This document shows positions 18,466-25,946 of a stretch of 64,000 nt of DNA, piece by piece (the stretch's first letter is position 1; every line of letters begins with the position of its first letter). The notes under the pieces are model-generated. The model ran no database searches. It saw only the letters and a program-made list of their open reading frames with translations, and was not told the DNA's origin. The position numbers and the translations under genes are program-made. The stretch spans positions 44,357 to 108,356 of IMG/VR virus record IMGVR_UViG_3300025778_000010; one strand, given 5' to 3'. The DNA is from a virus.

Positions 18466-18539
18466 GATTCCATAGATCAATTGGTTAGATCGCTACCCTG
18501 TCACGGTAGAGGTTGCGGGTTCAAGTCCCGTTGGAATCG
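18466..18539 (+). tRNA. tRNA-Asp(GTC)
   Basis: GATTCCA/TGGAATC acceptor, CTACC-CTGTCAC-GGTAG anticodon arm, GGTTCAAGTCC T-arm. Confidence 0.92.
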
Positions 18540-18559
18540 CAAAGTTTAAATGGTCATCA

Positions 18560-18718
18560 CGGCGTGTCGAGTTGACAAAACAGCTGGGGCGGGCTGGCCC
18601 CATAAAATCCATAATGTCAAGTCTTTACGGATGTGATTATAAACACATTTACGGATGACCGATATGTCCGATTTGTCTGCGTGTCTAAATTGATTACTCA
18701 TGGGTAACTTGCTATAAT
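18560..18718. promoter_or_regulatory. composite regulatory module
   Basis: CGGCGTGTCGAGTTGACA, GCTGGCCC (18593), CRP-like site (18632), 9-bp repeats (18655), TTGATT-17-TATAAT. Confidence 0.65.
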
Positions 18719-18726
18719 ACTCACCT

Positions 18727-19368
18727 ATGGAAAATGTAAAAGAAACTTGGTTCAAATGGGATTATGTATGCCCAAATTGCGATGCACATATTGAGATGAC
18801 TATTAAATCTAATGGTCATCCACATAGCGAGATTTGTTCTAAATGCTATGAGCGTCTAACTCTGATGTCAGTGGTAGATGCTACAATATACCCAACTCAA
18901 AAGAAAGAAGAACAAACTATGGAAACAACAATCGCTGAACTTTATAACCCAAATATGTTGGTTACATATAAGAAGATTACTGATGGTAATACTGAATATA
19001 TTACTGATAAGGTAACTGATATTGAGTGGGCTCTTGCTCAATCCCGCCGTAACTATGAGAGCCTTACAGAGCAACAAAATAATTGGTATCTCAAAGAGTC
19101 AAAACTACGCACTTTGCTAAATGATGTATTTCACGATTCAGAAGACCAAGACACACTTGAAAAAATTGCTGATATTTTTGATGTTCCACTAACTAAGGAA
19201 ATCGAAGTAACCGCTTGGGTCAATGTCAATATGACTATCGAAGTTGATATGCGTGAAGGCGAATATGATGTTGAAGACCTTGTTCGCAATAATCTCACAG
19301 TAGATGCCTATGGTGGAGAAATCACAGTTCACGACTTTGATGTAGACCGAGTAGAGGAGCAATACTAA
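18727..19368 (+). CDS. zinc-ribbon plus acidic domain protein (probable second internal start)
   Basis: CPNC...CSKC; internal TGTCAG promoter (18866) and A/G-rich SD before METTI. Confidence 0.65.
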   Translation: MENVKETWFKWDYVCPNCDAHIEMTIKSNGHPHSEICSKCYERLTLMSVVDATIYPTQKKEEQTMETTIAELYNPNMLVTYKKITDGNTEYITDKVTDIEWALAQSRRNYESLTEQQNNWYLKESKLRTLLNDVFHDSEDQDTLEKIADIFDVPLTKEIEVTAWVNVNMTIEVDMREGEYDVEDLVRNNLTVDAYGGEITVHDFDVDRVEEQY

Positions 19369-19640
19369 TGGCAGTAGCAGTTATTGAAGTCCCGTCCCCT
19401 GCTCGTATGGCGAACGGGATTAGCAAATGCCTAACCGCTGGAATTGAATATGAGATGCTGGGTGGGATGCAGGTAGAGATTACTTGTGCTGATGAGATGA
19501 AGTTAGCTAGAATAATTACAGCCTTTGGCGGTAAAATCCTAAGTGCTTTTAATCATAAACCAATCACACCAGATGCCCCTAAGCACGAAGTCCAATATGC
19601 TAGGACACATAGACCAATTCAGACACGCCGAAAGAATTGA
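19368..19640 (+). CDS. hypothetical protein
   Basis: GAGGAG SD, TAATG coupling. Confidence 0.6.
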   Translation: MAVAVIEVPSPARMANGISKCLTAGIEYEMLGGMQVEITCADEMKLARIITAFGGKILSAFNHKPITPDAPKHEVQYARTHRPIQTRRKN

Positions 19641-19705
19641 CATAAGCACCCCGCTTGTGTTAGAATACAACCTCAACCCCTAACAAAGAAAAGGAAAACC
19701 CAACA

Positions 19706-20122
19706 ATGGCAAAAGCAATCTCAGTTAAAGTAGCAACACCAAAGGTAATCGCCGCTTTGGAAACAAAGTTGGAAACAATAAAAACAACTAAGGCAAATGA
19801 AAAGCAATTAGAGGCTGCTTTCCAAGAAGAACTAAAGGCTTGGAATAAGGCTTTGTTTGATTATGCTCTATCAAAGTTTGACTCTGCTACAAATATCCGC
19901 ACCAATTATCGTAGTTGGTCAAACTCTCTTAACATTGACTTTGATGTTGATACACAAGGCAAGGATTTTCCTGCTCAACCTACTCGTCAATTTGAGCAAC
20001 TTCACGACCACAACTATCGTGAAATTGTTGATGAAATTGAGAACGCAATTCGTATTCTCAAAATGACAGATGAGGAAACAGTTAATGCTTCCACATTTAA
20101 GTCAATCGCACAGTATCTCTAA
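19706..20122 (+). CDS. conserved phage hypothetical protein
   Basis: TTGACA-18-TAGAAT promoter, AGAAAAGGA SD, 138 aa. Confidence 0.75.
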   Translation: MAKAISVKVATPKVIAALETKLETIKTTKANEKQLEAAFQEELKAWNKALFDYALSKFDSATNIRTNYRSWSNSLNIDFDVDTQGKDFPAQPTRQFEQLHDHNYREIVDEIENAIRILKMTDEETVNASTFKSIAQYL

Positions 20123-20135
20123 TTAGTTAATCACT

Positions 20136-20166
20136 TGGGAGGGAAGTCTTGACTTCCCTCCCCTTA
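20136..20166 (+). terminator. hairpin terminator overlapping the next -35
   Basis: GGGAGGGAAGTC-TT-GACTTCCCTCCC. Confidence 0.55.
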
Positions 20167-20251
20167 TCTGATAGGATACGCAAATGGCAATCATATTTTT
20201 ATTAGGCACAATTTTTGTAATCGCAGTAATAGCACTAGGAGGAATACTATA

Positions 20252-20620
20252 ATGGGAGCACGAGTTAATTTTGTTTTCAAGACCGAGGAAGACAAGCCAA
20301 AGATTGTTTTGTATAGTCATTGGGGAGAATACTCATGGCGTGAAGATTTGGCTAATGCCTTAGATAAGGCAACACCTAGATTAAAAATGGGTGATAGTTC
20401 ATATGCTCTCCGTATTATCATTGACCAACTAACAAAAGAAGGTCGGGATGAAGAAACAGGCTTCGGTCTTTATATTGCGGATGAAGACCAAATGTATTGG
20501 GATACCACAGTTGAAGTAGACCTTACAACTCAACAGGTAAATGATGAAGGAAACTGGCATTCATTTTCATCATTCATTGAATATCAAGGTGAGGTGTTAG
20601 AGTATCATGTTGGGGTATAA
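20252..20620 (+). CDS. conserved phage hypothetical protein
   Basis: AGGAGG SD; MGAR...LYSHWG motif. Confidence 0.7.
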   Translation: MGARVNFVFKTEEDKPKIVLYSHWGEYSWREDLANALDKATPRLKMGDSSYALRIIIDQLTKEGRDEETGFGLYIADEDQMYWDTTVEVDLTTQQVNDEGNWHSFSSFIEYQGEVLEYHVGV

Positions 20621-20877
20621 ATTAGAGGATTTGAATAAGATGATTGATGCTACTTATTTAGCTTTAAATTATCTTCCCCCCGCACAAACAGATCTTGCAG
20701 ATAATCTAGCCAAAGCAAATGATTTTCTCCAGGGTCTTTGGGCAGAGGGCTACTTTGAGTAGCCTGAGCCTGACCAGTAATTTGGACATTTACGACATTA
20801 CGGACATTACGGAGGATCGCTTGAACACATTTACGAGGGGCTTGACAAAACCTTTTACGATAGGATAAAATAGGGCT

Positions 20878-21063
20878 ATGAAAGAATACGAGATACTAGC
20901 AACCCAATCAATTTACCTATCAAAGAAGGTAATGGCTGAAACAGAGGCAGAAGCAAATGCTATTGCTGCAAACACACCAGTAGATGAGTGGACAACTGAT
21001 TCTACTGAATTAATTATTGATTTCCTACGCACAGAACCTGTGCAGTTACGACTTGACATCTGA
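20878..21063 (+). CDS. small protein, probably leaderless
   Basis: TTGACA-18-TAAAAT ends 6 nt before the ATG. Confidence 0.6.
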   Translation: MKEYEILATQSIYLSKKVMAETEAEANAIAANTPVDEWTTDSTELIIDFLRTEPVQLRLDI

Positions 21064-21116
21064 TATCTTGATGTAGTAGAATACCCATACTGACCAACTA
21101 GTAGAAAGAATGACAA

Positions 21117-21839
21117 ATGCCAAACTGGGTGTATAACGGATTAACCATTGAAGGTAGTCCTGAATCTGTAGATAAACTTGTATCTCAACTTAATCAACCA
21201 TTTACTGTGATGCACGAAACATGGGATATTTCTACCAATTCTTTTATTAAGAAAAATACTCTTTATTCAAACCCTGTTTTTGCATTTTGGAATATAGTTA
21301 AACCAACAGACATGGATGCATATTATGGTCCAAGTCCAAAAGTTGATTTAAATAAGCCTATTAGATTTGATTCAAATCATTGGTACGACTGGAATGTGCG
21401 TAACTGGGGAACAAAATGGGATGTAGCCATATCTGTAACTGAAAGCCATCCAGAAACATATATGGAAGGCCCTATTAATAACGGTGATAATAAAGTAGTT
21501 TATTATAACTTTAATACTGCTTGGAGTTATCCTGAGCCTGCTATTAAGAATCTTTCTTTACAGTTCTCCGACCTTTTATTTACGTTAGGCTACGAAGAAG
21601 AAACAGGCTGGGGTGGCGAAGCAGAATTCCTTAGAGGCGAAATAATTAGTCATAATCAATATGACTACAAATGTAAAGACTGTGAATATGCAACTAGTGA
21701 TGCATTAGAGTTTTGCGAAGACTGCTCAGATTATCCTTGTCCGCAATGTGGTTGGGCGAGTGCAGTTGACGAATGCCCTGTCCATAGTGTAGAATACGAC
21801 CAGAAACAAACCCAACTACAGGAGGCAAATAATGTCTGA
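21117..21839 (+). CDS. YubB/DUF1281-like ferredoxin-like domain protein
   Basis: MPNWVYN, WYDWNVRNWGTKWD, FNTAWSYP. Confidence 0.8.
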   Translation: MPNWVYNGLTIEGSPESVDKLVSQLNQPFTVMHETWDISTNSFIKKNTLYSNPVFAFWNIVKPTDMDAYYGPSPKVDLNKPIRFDSNHWYDWNVRNWGTKWDVAISVTESHPETYMEGPINNGDNKVVYYNFNTAWSYPEPAIKNLSLQFSDLLFTLGYEEETGWGGEAEFLRGEIISHNQYDYKCKDCEYATSDALEFCEDCSDYPCPQCGWASAVDECPVHSVEYDQKQTQLQEANNV

Positions 21840-22092
21840 CCAATTAACTTTAGACCCATATCTACAACGTATGGTTGAAGCAGGTATGGACGGTGCGGAT
21901 ATCATGCACGGTCATCTTAAGGTCCTAATGGCACGTGCAGAGAGTGCATTAGCAGACGCCATAGAGGACGAAGAGGCTTCGGGTGAGGCCATGGATAGCA
22001 TGGAGCGACGGTACTGGGAGGGTGTGGAAGAAGCATACTCAGAACTGTATAAATTAACTTATGCTATTGCATTTGCAAAGGCGGGTAAGTAA
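21832..22092 (+). CDS. hypothetical protein
   Basis: AGGAGG SD. Confidence 0.65.
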   Translation: MSDQLTLDPYLQRMVEAGMDGADIMHGHLKVLMARAESALADAIEDEEASGEAMDSMERRYWEGVEEAYSELYKLTYAIAFAKAGK

Positions 22093-22216
22093 TGAAGACT
22101 TATCGTATCACTTTTATCTGTGATGAAAAATGGTTAGAAGCCATTAATAAATTTACAGATGTAGATGTATATGACAACGAAATATTATACATAGAGCACT
22201 TTGAGGAGATCAACTA

Positions 22217-22531
22217 ATGTCATCATCAATGTTTGTACAAACCAATTCATATCTAGATAATCTAAAATGGGAGTTTCCTAATCATGCCCCGTTGGTCCTA
22301 TTGTACATGTGGGACATCACCCGTGATGTCTTTCAAGATATTGAATTATCTGACGGGGATTCTTCTTGGGGAGAACTTATCCCAGTTCCTGGAACTACTT
22401 TAGAGGATGTATGGAATAAGTTTATTAAAGATCCTTGGGGCGGATTTGACGTAGAAGAATATGATGTAGTACAATGGTTGTCCCGTGAAGACTTTATCCA
22501 AGACTATGAGGGCGAGGAAGTAGATGAATAA
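22217..22531 (+). CDS. acidic hypothetical protein
   Basis: GAGGAG SD. Confidence 0.65.
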   Translation: MSSSMFVQTNSYLDNLKWEFPNHAPLVLLYMWDITRDVFQDIELSDGDSSWGELIPVPGTTLEDVWNKFIKDPWGGFDVEEYDVVQWLSREDFIQDYEGEEVDE

Positions 22532-22820
22532 ACTAGAAGAGCGTACATATAAAAAGCTTGTAGAAGGCCTTGGACACAACGATGTCTCACCTGCAGCAAT
22601 GGCAAGACATATGTTAAATGAATCTCGTTATGTTAACGAATCGTTCATCCAATTGTTTACAAACTACATAATCCAAATGGGCACCGCACATACGGTCCCA
22701 CTATATCTAAAAGAATCACACGATTTGTGCAAGTACATGCTTACCACCCTGCAGGAGTTGGGCCTAATGGGAGAATATGGAAGAATGGAACTTGACACAA
22801 ACGAATACCTGTCGGTATAA
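22524..22820 (+). CDS. hypothetical protein
   Basis: overlapping operon gene, GAGG SD. Confidence 0.6.
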   Translation: MNKLEERTYKKLVEGLGHNDVSPAAMARHMLNESRYVNESFIQLFTNYIIQMGTAHTVPLYLKESHDLCKYMLTTLQELGLMGEYGRMELDTNEYLSV

Positions 22821-22875
22821 TAGGTATTCGAACAAAATCCTAGCGTTCAGGTGTCAGCCAAGTTAGGTATACAAG

Positions 22876-22915
22876 GGCAGTTCACGAGTCATTCCGTGAA
22901 CTGCCTTTCTCTTTT
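22876..22915 (+). terminator. intrinsic terminator closing the plus-strand island
   Basis: GGCAGTTCACG/CGTGAACTGCC followed by TTTCTCTTTT. Confidence 0.8.
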
Positions 22916-22942
22916 CCCAGAGCCAGAGATCTAAAAACCCAG

Positions 22943-23275
22943 ACATTACGAAGGGGCTTAAAATTCACGGGGAGTTTGCTGGTTTAAACTAACACATTAA
23001 TAAAAATATATCAAAGCCAGTATAAGAAATATACCAGACATTACGAAGGCATATACGGTAACATTTGTCAAGAGATATCTGTGTGATCTTGATCATATAT
23101 TTATATAAAATGTATAATAAAATAAAAACATTACGATTTCGATCAAAATTCACACGATATTCTATACATTTAGATCAAAATTGTCTAATATTATATCAAA
23201 ATTGTCAAAAATGTGTGCAAAATCACCCATATTTTTATGTGATATATATCATATCGCACGGATTTGACATTACGA
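22943..23275 (+). repeat. four dispersed ACATTACGA repeats
   Basis: copies at 22943, 23038, 23128, 23267. Confidence 0.75.
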
Positions 23276-23359
23276 AGGGCATTATGGTATGCTCTATAAC
23301 TTGATACAATCTATCTATATATACTAACTGAGTTTATTTAACATAATACTGTGTATATT

Positions 23360-23385
23360 CTCCACTTTGCTCCACAATGCTCCAC
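23360..23385 (-). promoter_or_regulatory. triple GTGGAG-N4 repeat (MraZ-box-like)
   Basis: plus strand CTCCAC-TTTG-CTCCAC-AATG-CTCCAC. Confidence 0.6.
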
Positions 23386-23458
23386 ATATAGCCCATAAAA
23401 AGGGCGGAAACGAGCGTTAGCGAGTCTACTTTATATAGCCAGATAGCAACCTATAGCC

Positions 23459-25077
23459 CTATAGATTAAATTTCTTTCCATATCTATTCTGCTCTAATCT
23501 CATCCATGCCTTGACCATATTGTTGATATCATGATCCTTCTGGATAATAGATGCTCCATCTGGAAATGTGATCTTACATGATTCTTGGTCATATTGTTCT
23601 ATCTTGATATTCTTCTTACCCATTATATTATCCTTATCTATTATAGCTATTATAGGCACGTATTTGGACGAGATCCTTTAGGGATTCCCGCCTAATTTTC
23701 TCCTACTTTTCCGCTCATTTTACTTCGTATATTTGACCACAATAATCGCACTTCATTTGCTGTGCAACTAGTGTCCATTTATGCTTACATTCTTCTTTAT
23801 TCTTCAAAATTCTCCATAGATTCAAATAGGTCTGGTTGATTATCTATATCCAGTGTAGTCTTAATTGATCTTTCTTCTGCTGGAAATACATTATTGGCAA
23901 TCCCCGCCCATTGTGAAGATTCATATTGAATTGGCATGGCATTGCGAAGGGCAGAATTTTCCGTCTTTAATGCCTTAACCTGAGCTTTTAAGGCCTGATT
24001 ATCCACATCTAGGATTTCGTTGATCTCCAACTGATAATGTATGGCACTATGCTCTGATTCATAGGCATTTTCATATAAACCTGCCTTATCCTCTGCTTTT
24101 CTCGCTAGATCGTTATATTGACTGGCAAGTTCAGATACATTACAATATGCGTTATATGTCTCAATAAAATCTTCTTCTAACTCTTTATAATCTATATTTA
24201 ATTTGGTAACCTTATCTTCATAATAGTATAATAAACCTATTGTAAATAAGGCTTCAAATCCCATTGTTGTAAGTATTAAGGCTATCACTTTTGCTCTTCC
24301 GCTGCCTTATTTTGAGCTTCTACCATTGCTTGCATAGCCTTGACTCTATATGCAAGGTCATTAAACTTCTTAAGTTCCTCAGATCGTTTCTTTCGTGCCA
24401 CATTCTTCATATGACGCTTATGTCCACGTGCTGAAACTTCCTTATTATTCTTTCTCATTTTTCCCCCTTTTTTGCCTCAATATCTCGTGCGTTTCATAAC
24501 ACTGATTACATGCATAATGCAATATTGCACCATCTGCTACCAACTGCGTTTTACCCTTTTTCTTACAGTAATAACAGGTAGATTGTTTAATCTTATTTAT
24601 TTCTCTAAAGGCTTCTTTATATATCTCTGACATCTGTTAGCCTTTTTAATTGCTCCCGCAAATTATCATTAATCTGTTTTTCTTGTCTAAGTTCAAATTG
24701 CTCCAGCTTTAATCTAAAGAATAAGATTAAACATAATGGAATAAGACAGTAAATCAAACTTGTGCCTGCTTCCACTCATCCGCATCTTTGTATCCTAATA
24801 ATAATTGATCTTCGTCTAGTTCAAACCTGTAATCTTCTTTTTCTGGCTTGTACTTTGAGATGATGTTTGTAATCTCTTTAAACTGAGATAGATAGGCAAA
24901 TGCTTTTGCTTCCGCCTCTTCAACTGTACGTGCTTCGCCTTGATCAATATTGCCATTGAACTCTGCCCAGTACAGCCACGCTGTTGAACCCTCTGTAAAC
25001 TTATCTAAAGAGAATAATGCTACTGCTTCTGTGTTACTTGTCATCTTTGCTATCCGCCTAACTTGCGACTTGCTCAT
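23459..25077 (-). other. cluster of short minus-strand hypothetical genes (23459-23659, 23797-24288 membrane-anchored coiled coil, 24445-24633 CxxC, 24754-25077)
   Basis: co-oriented ORFs in the ORF track; no recognisable family. Confidence 0.55.
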
Positions 25078-25420
25078 AGTTATATGGTACCATTTTTCCG
25101 CCTTTTAGTCTATAGAAATCCATATCTAAGGCTTGTGCTACTATTGCTTCTAACTTTGCCCCTCTTGATTCCCGCCAACCATCCAACAATAAAATGCTAT
25201 CAGCCATCATAAGCATTTTTAAATCTTCACGCATATACTTGCCCCAAGAATGACCACTGATTTTAGCGTGTTTAACTGCTTCTTCAAGAGTATAACCATC
25301 TTGCCATGCTGGGTTCAATGCTACGTAACCCAAGCTTCTTATAAATTCCTCTGCATCAAAGAATGCTTTAAAGTTGTAGTTTGTATGCCCTGTCATTGGA
25401 CCTGAAATATAGATTTTCAC
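25058..25420 (-). CDS. DUF4406 / nucleoside 2-deoxyribosyltransferase-like protein
   Basis: KIYISGPMTG...NF.AF...LNPA...W.ESRGAKLE. Confidence 0.85.
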   Translation of the reverse strand: MKIYISGPMTGHTNYNFKAFFDAEEFIRSLGYVALNPAWQDGYTLEEAVKHAKISGHSWGKYMREDLKMLMMADSILLLDGWRESRGAKLEAIVAQALDMDFYRLKGGKMVPYNYEQVAS

Positions 25421-25571
25421 TCTGGGTTGTATCCTGGACCTTTATAGTTTCCAAACAATACATTTACAAAAAAATTAAAATCTTCATCTGTTACAGGTTC
25501 ATATGTAATGCCTTTTTGCTGATCCAGCAACTCTTGCATCTTTTGCTTATCCTGTTTTTCGCTCAATTTTG

Positions 25572-25946
25572 TTACCATAACTGCTTTCTTTTTGGTAGGG
25601 GTATTCTAGGAAAGTTTATTTTAATAAACTTCATAAACTGAAAGTGCCAACATAGCCACCATTTTTTGTTTTCATCCCACATATAAGTACGATAAAAGCC
25701 TATTCGCCTATCTTCTTTTTTACGCCAATCTTTTGCAAAGTTAGCCAAATCTGTGTCACATATCTCGCAGGACATATCACCAATTTTAGAGTCTGCACAA
25801 TCGCAAAAATCTTCTTTCATAATGTCTTCAAGTGATAAGTTAAATCTTTCAAGTGTTTTAACGTATACAAGCCCCACCAAAAAAGCAATATAACCTAAAA
25901 CTGTTGCAGATATGATTATAACCAAGAGAATGTAAGCAAAGATCAT
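25572..25946 (-). CDS. membrane-anchored hypothetical protein
   Basis: N-terminal hydrophobic helix. Confidence 0.5.
   Translation of the reverse strand: MIFAYILLVIIISATVLGYIAFLVGLVYVKTLERFNLSLEDIMKEDFCDCADSKIGDMSCEICDTDLANFAKDWRKKEDRRIGFYRTYMWDENKKWWLCWHFQFMKFIKINFPRIPLPKRKQLW

Noticed and set aside
13871-18620. Classical integron cassette array
   Set aside because: No tyrosine integrase in the window and no RYYYAAC...GTTRRRY attC architecture; kept only as a generic cassette hypothesis
12424-19630. CRISPR array
   Set aside because: The repeats are 8-17 bp, in both orientations and hundreds of bp apart with genes between them; there is no repeat-spacer periodicity
22827-22842. Actinobacterial LexA SOS box
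   Set aside because: Only the TCGAAC half-site is present; the second half does not match
23065-23304. 79-aa plus-strand ORF
   Set aside because: TTG start, no SD, runs through repeat and regulatory DNA; probably spurious
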